In this document: one piece after another, positions 1 to 12,985 of the stretch
Position numbering within the stretch: the first letter of the stretch is position 1
Layout: every line of letters begins with the position of its first letter
NCBI RefSeq assembly: GCF_009914755.1
Contig: NC_060934.1
Strand: one strand, 5' to 3'
DNA length: 64,000 bases
Source of the DNA: the human T2T-CHM13v2.0 reference genome, Homo sapiens
Notes under the pieces: generated by a model
The model's database searches: none
Told to the model about the DNA's origin: nothing
The model's input: only the letters and a program-made list of their open reading frames with translations
Program-made: the position numbers and the translations under genes

Positions 1-1174
1 CATCTGAGGGTGGCCCCTCTCTCTGCAACCCCAGGCCTCTCTGCTAAGCTCCTACTCATCCCACAGAGCCATACGCCTGCCAGATACTGCCCCCTGGATG
101 GCACCTCAAATGCAGTAAGCCCCATCCATGGTCCCCCCAACACAACCCCTCCAGGGCACCTTCTCTGACCACGAAACTCGTCTTTGGCAATGGATTCTAT
201 CTCTGCCACTTCTTGCCTGGGCAACCCAAAACAAAATATATGCAGGTATCTCATCTGAAAAATAACAATAGCAGTAATAATCACCTCCTAAGGCTACAGC
301 AGGAACAAAATCATATTATATAGAAAAAGGCATCTCTGAGATCATTTGTCTGCCATATGATGAGAGTTTAATAGATGCTTATATAAAAATCTTAAAATAA
401 TTAAGTAATCCACATAAAAAGGTTAAAGCATGGCCTTGAGACATAAGCAAATGAAATACTGCGTTTCAGTACGAGAGACGTCACAGTCACTTGCTGACAT
501 ATAGATAATTCAGTAAAAGAATCAATGAATGGATGAGTGGGTAATCAGAAGCGGTCCCTGATACCCAGGAAGTGGCGACATTTGCCAGCGAGTGCCTTTC
601 ATGTGCCGAGCCCACATGGCCCTCCTTGGCATTTGTCCGCCATCCACCACAGGTGAGCTTGTGCATGGCAGGTGCTCAGTGAGGCCTTATTGGATAAACA
701 CCAACAGAGAATGCTAATTTTTCTCACATCTATCAAGGGAGAAGGAGAAAAAGGAGGGAATGTATGTAGGAGTTAAGTGAGAACAGACTTCAAAAGGACC
801 AGACTCCAGGAAATCCTATCCATCTGCCTGACAGGGGCATTGGAGTCACCAGAGCTTCCAGGCACAGCAACACTGCTCTCCAGGGACAGTTGGATCTCCA
901 TGTTTTCCCACTGCCAAGGAACGAGATGGGTGGAATAGAAACCAACCTATATAAAAACCAGTTCTGAGATGTGTTCAGCTCCTTTTATGAAACAAGAATT
1001 GTGGTATAACCAACATTGTCCAAAGTAGAAATCCATAGCTTAGATTGGAACCCTGCAAAAAACAACACAGCCCTCCTTGAGGGCACAGCCCAGTAAGAAC
1101 ATTTACTATCATGTAATTTTCCTGGCTGTGTACTTGCTGGAATGGGGTTTAGCCACTGTGGTTTCAAGTCTCTC

Positions 1175-1296
1175 CCGATAGCCTTCCCTTTGCTGAGTAA
1201 TTGTAGGCGAGTCCCTTCTCCTCTCTAGGCTACAGCGAGTTACCTTATCTTTAACATGAGTGGTTGGCCTAGATGATTTCAAAATCCTTCCCAGCA
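1175..1296 (+). mobile_element. MIR3/MIR-family SINE fragment
   Basis: Ends in ttggcctagatgatttcaaaatccttcccagc, resembling the MIR3 3' consensus; boundaries approximate. Confidence 0.55.
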
Positions 1297-1368
1297 ATAA
1301 CATCCCATAGGTTGAATCATCAGCCTGAGGTTTAGTCCCAGGCAGTGGTGTGTGGGAGAGAGCATGCT

Positions 1369-1391
1369 CGTGTGTATGTGTGTGTGTGTAT
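1369..1391. repeat. (TG)n microsatellite, interrupted
   Basis: cgtgtgtatgtgtgtgtgtgtat seen directly. Confidence 0.85.
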
Positions 1392-2094
1392 TTGCAGTGT
1401 CCTTTAAGTTGATTGATAATGTCTCATATCAGATGCCAACCAATAAATGCCGATGGTAGAGACTTCACTTCTAGCATCCACTGACTTCAAAACAGATAAG
1501 GACTCTGGGAAAAGCATGACACCTGTAACATGCATAAATACGCCTGGCAAGCTTTAGAGCCCCCAAAGTCTTTTTTTTTCCTGGCAGGTATGCTAAACGT
1601 GTGCACATAATTGTGTGACAAATATTGCATACAGCTTTGCTTTACAAAAGTCAGGTGTCTCATTTACCCAGGAAAGCTGCTGTGTCTCTAATAAACGAAG
1701 CCACAAGACCAACACTTCTTTTCCGAATAATTATCTTCTGAAGGCTGCATGGACAGAAGATGAGAAAATCAAATTAGTCTGAGACAGCAAAAAGGAAAGT
1801 AAAGCTAAATACACACAAGTATGGCCACTAGAATTACAGGGAAGTCCTTCTGGGATGGTGGCCTCTTTGATGGTAGGTAAATAACAGGAAAATCTAAAAA
1901 CCCATTGTTCTCCCCATCCTACTGTTTTTAGGTTTGCTGCTGCCTTATCACTACTGAGGGATTTATTAAATGTAAATCTTAAAAGAGGCTCTACAAGACT
2001 TATATATAAATATTCTCCTATCTCTGTCATTCTTGAGTTGTGTCTCTGTTCCACCCATTCCCACAGTAACCCACCTAAGAAATAAATAAATAAA

Positions 2095-2430
2095 ATGCTG
2101 TCATTCCCTTTCTGAAAAACCCCCAGTGACCCTTAGCAGATTGAAGTCCAAATCCCCGAGTGGGGCCTTCAAGGCTCTGCAGGGTCCCCAACTGGCCCCC
2201 CCTTTGCTGTCAATCTCCCTTGCACCTTTTCTCCCAGGATGCTGTCATCTCACCTGAAGGCACACGGAAAATCTCAGCCACTCCCCCACCCCAAGCCTTT
2301 GTTCATGCTGGTTCCTTTACCAGATTGGCCTTTCCCAGTCCTTTATTTGCCTAAGAAACTCCTACTCCTCTTTAAGACCTTGCTGAAATGTTGATTCCTT
2401 GGGAGAATTGTCCCAAATGTCCTCCTTCTC
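2095..2430 (+). mobile_element. L2 LINE fragment
   Basis: ccttcaaggctctgca...gcctttgttcatgctggttcc...actcctactcctctttaagac resembles the L2 3' region. Confidence 0.55.
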
Positions 2431-5400
2431 TTCATCAGCAAGTATTTGTTGTGGGTCCCCAGCCCCAGGTATTAATGGCATAGAAATCAGTGGTGAGGGA
2501 GACACACTGAGAGACTGGGAACCAGAAGATGTTACCAAAGAGGCACAAGTTCCCTGGGGAGCAGACCCTGAGTGCAGTGCATGGCACACAGAGGGCGTTC
2601 TTAAGCATCGGTGGAATAAACGCTCCAGGGATGGATGAGTAATCCGCCTGGGACACTGGGAAGCCATGGGGCCCTCCCAGGAGCCATCAGAAGCAGCCGC
2701 AGGTGGAGTCCTCTGGGATGCCACAAGGAATGCCACCCCAACCCGGGCAACTGGTCTGGCTGCTGACACTGCCAAGGCCCAGGGGAGGATGGGCCCTGAA
2801 CTGAAGCTGAGCGGGTCAGGGGCTGGCCAAGTGGGTGGAGGCAGAAAGAGCCTGAAGGAGGCATGCTGAGCCTCACCTTTGGGAGACAAGAGGGGGCTCC
2901 CACACAGCCCCAGGAAGGGAGACCAGGAGGCCAGTCCACATCTCCTAAATGACCAGCAAAAGATGGGTGGCTTGAAACACCCAGTGAGCAGTGGCTCTTT
3001 GGCCTGGTTCCCCCGCGGCAGCTCTGGGTGCTGCTTGCACGCAGACAGCACCAGGTGCACGGTCACATGGGTTAGTAAGTAAATGAACAAATGCACAAAT
3101 GAACCAGGTTGTCAGGATTGCAGCACTTGGCTTTTGGTGCATCTCTCAGTTTCCCTTTAAAAGAAAAGTCTCCAAGGACAGTAAGATGAGGGACAGGTGA
3201 GATGGGGGCACACCAGAGGTCATCTTAGTTTTTCTCCCCTTAGGTCCATTAAGGAAAAAGACCCTCTCAGGGTCCTTTCTGACCCTCAGGAGTGGAGTCC
3301 CAGCCTAGAACCCCAAAGGTATTCCATAAAGGAGTGTTGCATGCTTGCAGGGGGCCTATGTTTCTGTGATTAAGAACATGACCTCTCCCACATCCCCCTC
3401 CAAGGTCACACTGTCTGTCTCACCGTGACCCCAATAGCAAGCCTCTGGTGTGTGCTTTGGTTCATGAAATGCTTCTTCTGGTGGGAAAATGCCATTTTTA
3501 GATAGACAGACATCAGTAAAATATAGCCATGACCTAAGCTCCAGCTCAGACTAAGGAAGCCCCACAAGCTCCATTTCCTAGCACTGGGGCGTCTCATTCC
3601 CCTTTCCTATCCAAGCAGTTGGGGAAAGCTCTGCAGGGGAGTGTGCACACCAGCCAGGCAAAGGATGGATTCAGGCAGAGAAGAGGTGAGGCAGAGAAGA
3701 GAGTTCAGGAAGAGAAGAGGTGAGGGATTAGGACCAGCCCAGACACCTGAAAGAGAGAAAATCTGGCCCTTCCCTCCTGATGGGCAAAGAGAGCCCCACA
3801 GTGGCCACAGGATCTGCAGGGAGTCCATGGCACAAGGAGAAGAGTTGGGAAAGAATAGAGAAGGCAGTGGGGGTAGACTGAGGATGACTGGGACCCCGGG
3901 CTGAGGAGGCCGACTGAATTCAACAGCCCCTGGGAGCCATGGAAGCTGCTGGAGCTGAAGAAGTGCATGGCATGAGCATTGGGTGGACTGCAGGGCAGAG
4001 CCCGGAGCAGAAAAGCAACACAGAGTTGAGCCTGCACCCAAGGCTGGTCAACTCCGGCCTGCCTGGGTAAGTGCTGAGTGCTGCAGGGAGGCATGCTACA
4101 GATGTGGGACTCCATTGCATCTTTGGGGAGAGATCAGGAAGAGCCCTTGTAAGCCCCTGCCTGGTCACAGAAAAAATCTCGTCTGCAATAAGCAAGCAAG
4201 CAATGCGGCGGGGAAAACATTTGCTTAGGATGCACACAGTCCAGGCTGGATCCCTTGTGTCACACCAGGCTCCCAACTGTGTGGAGGTAAGGGCAGGCTT
4301 GGGCCAAAATCCCAGCATTGAGTCTAACAAAATGCCATGGCAGGGCCTTTATCAATGTTCATGAAACGGAGAGCCTCCTCGACCTCCCTGAGCCTTGGTC
4401 CCTTCTCTTGTAAAAACCACCCATGTTAGGATGATATTTGCACTGCACTTAGAACATGGTAGGAGCTCCACAAGTGGTTTTGTGACTACTTATCTTTCAC
4501 GGATAAGGAAAGTGATCAGTAGAAAAACTGTGAGAGGGAATTAGCAACTGATCAAATGTCTAGAGCAGTTTTTAAATTTTTGCATAACATTACTTTCCAA
4601 AACTTGCCCATGTCAGTAATTTCTTCTGGTGCATCCGGACCACCTATGGTCAGTATTGAAATTGTCCTCAATAGAGGGTTTAGTGGCATTCCTGGAGTCA
4701 CATGGCAGGTCAGAGGTGGACCAAACAACAGATGCCCTGCCTCCCAGCCCAAGACCTGCCCAAAACTTGACCATGTTGTCCCTGCTAAAGAGCACAGGGA
4801 CCCAGTGCTGGGGGGCTGTCTTCTCTCAGGCCAGTCCTCCAGGGAGTAAGGGATCTGGGCAGGCAAGACTGGAGGCCTGACAAGAAGGTGTGTCCCAGGA
4901 GGACTTTGTGCAGAGCTCAAAAGGATGGACAAGTTTGGCCTTGGTTGAGGTTGCTTCCTGTTTCTAAGACAGTACAGTGGCCCTTGGTGTTGTAAGGATC
5001 CTGTGGGCAGTGATGCTGCACTCTGAGTAGCCTCTGGAGCCAGTCTGAAATCTGGAGTGGGAGTTGGGGGGCAGGTCGGGGTGGCACAGCTCAGCCAGAC
5101 ACTTTGGGGTTGAGAGGCAGTTTCCAGATTCAGCCAGCACCTGGAGTGATAAGAAGGGAAACTGAGGCAGGAAACCTGTCACACAGCTTGAGTCAATATA
5201 GCTGACCCCTGCCCTGCAGATTCTGAGCCCAAACTGCCCAACAAGTTCCAAACCTGCCTGCTTGTGGGCAGAAGCTCCTGAGGCCTCCCTGCCCAGCTGG
5301 GCCTGCCCAGACCCTACATCTCCAGGAAAGGATGGCAGTGGCTGGGACAGGCCAGCACTTCAGAAAGCTTGCCTGCCAAAGGAGCCACAGCTCATGCCTC

Positions 5401-5502
5401 ACAGGCCTCACGAAGACCCATGAGCTCACCAGGCAGGGGCTGGGAGGGCTTGAAGTCAAATGCCATCGGTCTCTTTTGATATCATCCTTAAATTAGCAAA
5501 CT

Positions 5503-5597
5503 GTAACCATTGGGGGAAAGTGGGTAAAGGGACCACTCTGCGCTCTCTTTGCAAATTCCTGTGCATCTAAAATTATTTCAAAATGAAAAAATACAAA
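5503..5597 (+). mobile_element. L1M (L1MC/MD-like) 3' end fragment
   Basis: gtaaccattgggggaaagtgggtaaaggg...ttgcaaattcctgtgcatctaaaattatttcaaaatgaaaaa matches old L1 3' UTR ends. Confidence 0.7.
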
Positions 5598-5719
5598 AAC
5601 ATGACATTGGTTTCAAAACTGACCTCCTCAGCTCCTGATGCCGCCAACCTGGCAATCCTTCAGCAACCCCGCCCAGCACCCAAGCAAAGCCCCTGATCCA
5701 GTGAGGACCTTTTGAAAAG

Positions 5720-6250
5720 AAACTGCCCCCAGACTTTGCTCCTCTCCCTCTTTCCACCGCCTCTGCTCTGAGTCAGATTTGCATTGCCTCTCACCTCACA
5801 GTTGACCCCTTCCTAGTTAGCCTCTGACCTCCACTGTCTCCCTCTACAGTCCACACCCTATGTCACCAGTGGAAGGCATCTCAACCTCAGCTCTGCTTCA
5901 AACCCTCCAGAGGGCCCCATTCCTTTTGGGATAAAATTCAGCTCCTCAGCAAGCTCTTCAAAGTCCACCCCAATGTGACCTCAATCCACACATCTGTCCA
6001 GTTTCATCTCATCACACGAGCCCCACCTCGATGGAACCACAGACTTAGGTACCAGCCCCAATAGACCACCAGACGGTCCTCAAAAATGCTACCCACTTGT
6101 CCAGCCTCTCCTCCTCCGCTCAAGCTGTTCCATCCATCTGGTAGACCCTTCCCTAACCACCTCTGTTCATTAAAATTCACCTCTTCCTTCAGTACTTAGC
6201 TCCAATTTCTTTTCTACTTTGACCCTGCCCAGGGGAAGCATGCCTTCCCA
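5720..6250 (+). mobile_element. L2 LINE fragment
   Basis: Pyrimidine-rich L2 3' motifs such as ctctgcttcaaaccctccagagggccccatt...ataaaattcagctcctcagc. Confidence 0.55.
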
Positions 6251-7997
6251 TGGCTCCCAGGTGAAGAACAGAAGAAGAAGCACACTCTGACCTCCTTGTC
6301 CATTGGGGTGTGTGGCACACATTGGCTGGGCTCTCAATGTGGGAGTGCCCTGGGGACGAGGACCAGACTTGGTTCATCGTTGGCCCATTAGAGATGCTGG
6401 ATGGATATTTCTGGAATGTATTTGTTGTTGAGGGAAACTCATTCCTCAGTGAAGAGGATCAACATTTGGGCCCCAGAAGAACTGTGCAGTTGTTTTGAAA
6501 AGAAGGAGTGGAAACTACTGACCTTCAAAGCAAATCTGAGCTGAGGGTGTGTCTGAAACAAAACACACAAAGGGAGGTGGGGGCCAGGAGGGGACAGGAA
6601 GACCTTCCAGCTTTGGTGTCGCACCCAGGAGAGCCTCTTCCCGAGCCAGGAGGAGGTGGAGCTCGGGTCGGGTGGGAGTGCCCCTCCTTCCCTCCCCTTG
6701 CGGTCCTGCAGGATGCTGCTGATGTTCCATCGACTCCCTCTCGGGTGGGTGTGGGGCTGGCTTCCTCTGAGCAGGTTCCCCTGCAAAGGGAGTCCTGGGG
6801 TCCCTGGAGGAAGGCAGAATGTGAGTGAGGCTCGATCCAGCCAGGCCAGCAAAATGGTGCCCGCGGCTGCATGGCCGCATCGATCCTGTGGGAGAGGGAG
6901 GAGGGCTGGCGGGGCCAGGCCTGCTGTGCTCAGCAGGTATCTCGTCTGCTCTCTCCTCGGCCACGCCATGCAGCCTTGAGAGAGTCTGTTTGCAATTACC
7001 GCTTGTTTTGATTATTAGGTCAGAATATTCATCTCAAAGGGCTTATGATAGAAGGCCAGAGCAGGACGGTATTTCTCATTCCAGACTAAATCTCCCAGTC
7101 TTTTTGTGTGTGCGTGTGTATTTTTCCCCTTTTCCTTGTTTAACCAATTTATTCAGTTTTTGACTCCAGAAGAGGGATGGCTGCAAGAGGCAACCCCAGA
7201 GGCCATGAAAGCAGTGACCCTGGACCACAGGAGGGGAAGGAACCCCACCCAGTGAGAAAGCCAGCATGGGGCGGGCTTTTGACTCATCCGGAAGGCAGCT
7301 GGCTGCTGGAAACAGAGGCTGGTGTTGGGAGAGTCGTAGAAGCCCAGGCCTGGGAGGAACTCTGGATGTCAACCGTCCAACCTCAGCACATATTTTGTTA
7401 CCTCTGCAGCATCTCCACCAAGTAGTTAGGCAATCTCTGCTCCCATTCCTCCAGGGATGGGGAACTCACTACCTCCTCAGGCAACCTGGCTCACTGGGCA
7501 TCAATTCCAGAAAGGAGAATGCATCCTTTCTTGTAAGAGTGGTGAATCCTTGACCTCTGAGACTTCTCTAGGCAGAATACCCTGTTTCTTCAACACACTG
7601 AGTTGGATATGTACCCAAGCCTCATGATCATCCTGAGTAAATGCAACCCTCCCCACGGGGTCTGAACCCCCAGAGAAGCAGGATTTCCACCTCCCTCCTT
7701 CCAAACAGCCTGCCTCTCTCTCCTCGGAGACGTTGCTGCTTTTTGTCAGATCCAGGTCTGGAGCTTCCAAAACTGAAGAAAATGTCCTCACAGGGTGCAG
7801 TGTGATGGCCGCCCCTTCCCCCTCTGGAGCCCTCTTCATCTGTACTCACGGCCCAGGCTCCTGAAAATGAGTCCTTCACGAGTCCTCAGGATGAAGAGGA
7901 AAGGGGGAAGAAAAGAGAAAGGGAAGTCACAGTGCTCTCAGCCCCAGAAGAGTCGGTGTGGCTTTCCTAGCCTCAAAGGCATGGCAGCCTGACTTCT

Positions 7998-8074
7998 GGA
8001 AGAGAGAGAGAGAGAGACAGAGGAGACAGATAGACAGAAACAGAGAGACAAAGACAGATGGAAGCAGAGAGAGA
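7998..8074. repeat. (GA)n/(GACA)n simple repeat
   Basis: agagagagagagagagacagaggagacagatagacagaaacagagagac seen directly. Confidence 0.85.
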
Positions 8075-10399
8075 TCAGGGTCTCCTGTAGACCCCCTGAG
8101 CACTTCCAAAGATCGTTATCCACGTCGGTATCACAGCTACTTTGGGAAATACACACCCATGTGATTTCTATGATGACCATTTTGCAGCATTAAAGAAAAA
8201 GATGGAGCTGAAAAACACAGAGGCCACCAAGCTAATAAAGGTTGGCACCAGGAAATGAGGCAGAGAGGTTCTTTGGGGCAGAGCCTTGTTGGCAGGCTCA
8301 TGGGCGGCCCACAGACTGGCAAATTTGTTTTAGATGGCGTGATAACATAAACAAAATTATTTCTTGTCCAAACAAGCTCTTTGGGATTGAAAGGGGATGC
8401 TAGCCACGTTCACTCAGGCCACGGGCGCAGCCCTGGCTAACAGGGACATACGGCCCTGCTGCCACGGAGGCCTCCAGCTCCAGGTCCCCAAGCCAGTCTC
8501 TCCTGCTCTGCCATGCCCACCCCAGAGAGTGATCCAAAGGCACCACCCATCCAGAAGCAGCTCCGAGGACAGTGCAGAGACTTCCTTTCGGCTAGCGCCC
8601 ACCTTCTTCTAGAATGCAGATTGCTCTGTCCAGTTGCCCGCCAGACATCTCCTCCTGGATGGTCCATGGGCCCCATGAGTGAGCCTCCTCTAATACAGAC
8701 CTGCAAGGTGCCAGTATCATGTGGGCATCTGCTCTGCCCCACAGTGTGTGTGAGGAGCCACAATAAAGGCCAGCTCTCAGCATGGACTTGCAGCCTAGAG
8801 TTCAGTCTGGTTCCTTGACCTCCCCACAGATCTGGCTGCATAGCTGTTCTCATGGTGTCTGCCAGACCCCTTGGAGAACTGGAGATGGACGTCTATCCCC
8901 ATTCTCCTCTCCCCTTGCAGACTGATTTGGGGTTGGGCCTGCTCCTGACTTCTCTGAGTAGCCACCCCCTCCACCTCACCTTCATTTGATCCAGGCCTCA
9001 GTTTCCACCCGGCCTTGGACTTGGTTTAATCATATTCACCCATGTTCACCACAAGCTGAACACAGACCGATGTGTCCAAAGAGAACCCCGACCCCTCCCA
9101 GAACGCATCCTCCGTTTGGGATTCCTGATGTTGGTGAAAGGCACCACCAGGTATCTGCTCACTGGGTGAGTCCTGTTGGTCCCAGAACTGCAGCTTATGT
9201 CACTGCAATTTACTCACCTGTCTTCCTGTTCCCCAGGAAAATGATCACACCTGTATCTAGGGGTCACCCTTGTCATTCTTTGACACTGTCTCTTTCCCAT
9301 GCGCTGTGCTTAGTGGGGGTGGCCCATGGGCCGTGTCAGCCATTGCTTGCTCAAGCCAAAGGCTGGATGAACAAGTGACTATCACAAAGCCAACAGGGGC
9401 CCAATCTGGAAACTTGGCTGCATTCAATTCCAGTTGTTCCAAAAGATTGGATTGATTTAATAGGAATGCTTCCTAACGCGTGAACAATTATTATTGTTTT
9501 AAATTAGCAAGAATAAAATTCCACCATCTTTCTCCCAGAAGCTGCTTCCAGAGAGGCCAAGCTGTAAATTCACAGCACCCGCGAGGGGCTAGATAAACAG
9601 CCAACTGAGCGGCAAGGAAGCTCCGCAACCGAAAACATCTCCAATTCATAGATTCCCTTACGGGAAGGGGAGGCTGCTGAAGAGCCAGGAGGAATTCTTT
9701 TTCCTTCTCATTTTAAAAGGGAATCTTCTCATTTGTTCCTGCCCTTCCTTCTGGCTTCATAAGAGACACCTGAGGTTGAGCGTGCTTGGCTGACAAAGAG
9801 GGACTCAAGACATACGTTGAACTAAGTGAGGCAGCTAGTGGTATCATCGCAAGAGCCTGCAGCACTGTGTCATTGTGTCATTGTATAGGGGTGTAGTGTG
9901 TGCCATCTCAGTCCCACCCTTCCCTTCCTTCATGACATCACTGCTGTGGCTTTTTTCCAGCCACAAGACCAGGCTTCACTTCCCAGCCAATGAGGTAAGG
10001 CTCACTCCCAGCTCCACCCCATCCATTCCGTGAGCCTGGCCAGCCCTGGCCCCTCTCTGGGCCTCAGTTTTCCCATCTGCCCCATGAGCCCTGGCTGTGA
10101 AGTTCTCAAATGATAGTGGCCCCTCTGTTTGTGAGACCTTGTCATAGAGTCACCCCCTAAATTCTTAGTGCTCACTGGAAGAAACAGACCAAGTCCTGAG
10201 CAGCCGCCCCCGGCCAGGCTAGTAAAGCACATCCCAGGACCCCAGGGCAGAAGAAGCAAGTGGGACCATCCATGTGATCCTGATGGGCTCTGGAGGTGTG
10301 GAGCATGCTGGAGTCAGGTTCTGCTGTGGCTCGGCATTTGTTCACTGCAGCAAATTCCATCCTCACCAAGCACCTTCACTTGCTCCGGGTGTGCCTGAG

Positions 10400-10720
10400 C
10401 TCCATCCATCATTTATTCATCTGTCAGATTGTACTGGCTCCTTTCCACATTCCAGCACCTGAGCTGGATACTGATGCAACAAGGATGAACAAGGCCCCGC
10501 TCTGGGCATGAGGAGTAAGGGGAGACACAGGAACATGAACAGGTCATGCGAATGCACTGTTACAAGTGGAAGCTGGAGACAGCTTCAAGGTGGTAGCAGG
10601 TAGGAAGGGTTCCTAACTGAGTGTGGACAAAGAGATCTCAGGCATGGAGTCAGCTGACCTGAGGCTTAGGTGAAGGCTAGGAGCTCCCAGCTGGAGAAGG
10701 AGCACCAATTCTTGGCAGAA
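10400..10720 (-). mobile_element. L2 LINE fragment
   Basis: Starts with the reversed L2 tail (tccatccatcatttattcat), followed by L2-like sequence. Confidence 0.5.
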
Positions 10721-12649
10721 GGACATGCACACACCCCTTCCCCCAGCTGCAGCTTCATTGGTCATTCCTGATCACATTTTTCCTCTGCAAACATTCCCAG
10801 CTCATGCACCCATCTCAGCACCCTCACCTCCCCCACCACCCCAGCTCCCCTGCCCTGTCTTGCCCTTCCTCCCCAGTGGTCCTTGCTTGGGCTGGGGTAG
10901 TCGGGTTGCACATGTGTGTTTGAATATGCCGGCCAGCATTGCTTGTGGTCTCATAATTGAGTCTCCCCAGGAATGGAGAGACGTGGGAACTGAGCTCCTG
11001 GAGCTGATGGACCAGAGAGGGGTGGGGCAGGGAAAAGAAGGACCCTGAGAACCAGCCAACTGTGGTGCAGCCCCCAGGGCTCTGGGAAACCAGACGGGAA
11101 CAGGATTCCCCAAATCAAGGAAGAGTCTAGGCAAGGCCAGGGCGCCTTGGGCTGCTGAGTGTCCTGTTGTTGGGAGAGAGGTTGGGCCCTGCCAGCCCTT
11201 GGCCTCCTCCTCTCCCACTTACCCTGCCCTCAAGGCCAGGACCAAGGCCCACAAAGTCCTTATGCTGACCTGGCTGCCCCACCGTGGGGAGAAGTCCCCA
11301 CTGCCCTGGACCAGTCCATGCTGCCTGAATCCTGCTGTCCTTGTCACCTGGCTCCAAGCTTACTGCAACAACAGCTGCTGCTGTCCTCACCCCTCCCCTA
11401 GCCCTGTCAGGCGCACCCTCTTCCATTTGCCCAGAAGGCCATGGAGGCCACATCATAATGTAGAACAGAATTTTCCTGAACGCTGGGGAGTACTGGGAAG
11501 TGACGACAGCACAGGGCAGAATAGGAAACAAAACGGATGGTTCGACGGGGGAGGGACACTGACGCCTGGCTCCTCTCTCAGGCGTGGCATGTGGCCCAGG
11601 CCTTGTCCCCACACCAAGGCAGTACCTCTATCCCCCCTTCTTCCTGGATCCCTGTAGCCCCAACCCCTCCTTCTTCTTGAGCTTCTAGGGGAGGACCGCT
11701 AGCTTCTGCAGAGAGGGGAGAAGGCAGGGGAAAAGGAGGGAAGGGGAAGAAAAGGGAAGCTCACACCCATGGATTTTATTTCACCAAATCTCCCCCCAGC
11801 AGCATGGGAGTACCTATGATCTCTACCTTACAGGCGAGGAGCTTGAGACTCAAAGAGGAAGTGGTGGAGTCCGCTATCTCTCCAGCACTTCATTCCTGGG
11901 ACACATATTATCCCAGGGCTTCTGGACTCCAAGCTGCCCCATCATGCCGCAGCCAAGGGGCAGAAGCCTGGGAGTGGGGGAACCTCTGAGATCTGGAGCA
12001 GCAAGATCTGAGGTCCTGTGTCTCTACCCTTCCAGCTGGCTCCAGCTGGCCGTGACATCTCAGGGAGCTACAGGCCATGGGCACAGTTAGTTCAGGGAGC
12101 TTAACAAATGTTTATAAAACCTTTCATACACAGTTAATGATCCTTATTAGGACCTGGAAAAGCAGTCACTCCTGCCATGTCCCGGCTTTAAGGAGCGTTT
12201 TATTATTACACGTCACTCCGCAAATTCACGAGAGAAGTCGTGGCCCATTTGTCAGCAGGGCCAACGCCCGGGGATGCTGACAAGAAGCCTCTGTCCTGGG
12301 ACTGACTGGGCCAGATTTCTGGCTCCACTTGCCCTCCCTGCCACCCCCACATGCCCATCACCCTCAAGCTGCCAGTGCACCAGCTGCCTTCCCTGAAAAG
12401 TCCCACCTTGAGGCTGGCTGTGTCCCCAGAACCCTGTGCCTGGGACCTGAGTCAGGCAAGGCCTGGGGCAAGGTACCTCCCTGTCCTGGGCAGGGAGGGG
12501 AGGCCTTAAAGGGAATCCAGATGCCTAGGCCCCAGACCCAAGTCTAAATTATTGACCAGGTGCCCAGCTGGTCTGAAGATCTATATTTGGGAGCCACAGT
12601 GCCTGAGACATGAGCCTCTGACGCCTGCATGCCAAGGCTGGCTCTGCCC

Positions 12650-12780
12650 ATGACTGTGTGACTTTAGGCAAATCTCTCCACTTTTCTTCAGTATCCCCAC
12701 CTGTAGAATGGGCAAATCATATCTACCTCCAAATGGTTTTTGTGAATATGATATCATTTTATGTGAGCAAAGGGTGTGTC
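12650..12780 (+). mobile_element. MIR SINE
   Basis: tgtgtgactttaggcaaatc...cagtatccccacctgtagaatggg...tacctcc, MIR core. Confidence 0.65.
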
Positions 12781-12889
12781 GTGATGACACGGCCAAACCT
12801 GCCTCTGCTGTTGGAATGGTGGAATCCCAGCATTCGGAGCAGGAAACCACCGAGGTCTGGGTGAGAAGCAGGAGGCAGTGGAACTAAAC

Positions 12890-12985
12890 AGGGTAATGGT
12901 TGCACAACCTTGTGGCTGTATGAATTGCCACTCAATTGTACATTTAAAAATGGTTTACGTTATGTGAATTTCACCTGAAAACAAA
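12890..12985 (+). mobile_element. L1MB/MC 3' end fragment
   Basis: ggtaatggttgcacaaccttgtg...aattgtacatttaaaaatgg...tatgtgaatttcacct. Confidence 0.75.

Noticed and set aside
2362-3096. 244-aa minus-strand ORF
   Set aside because: Non-ATG start, Pro/Ser/Leu-rich composition typical of GC-rich non-coding DNA, C-terminus runs into L2-derived sequence, no recognisable domain.
8106-8258. Protein-like frame PKIVIHVGITATLGNTHPCDFYDDHFAALKKKMELK...
   Set aside because: The best upstream acceptor (cctgtag at 8090) puts a TGA in frame; no homology recognised.
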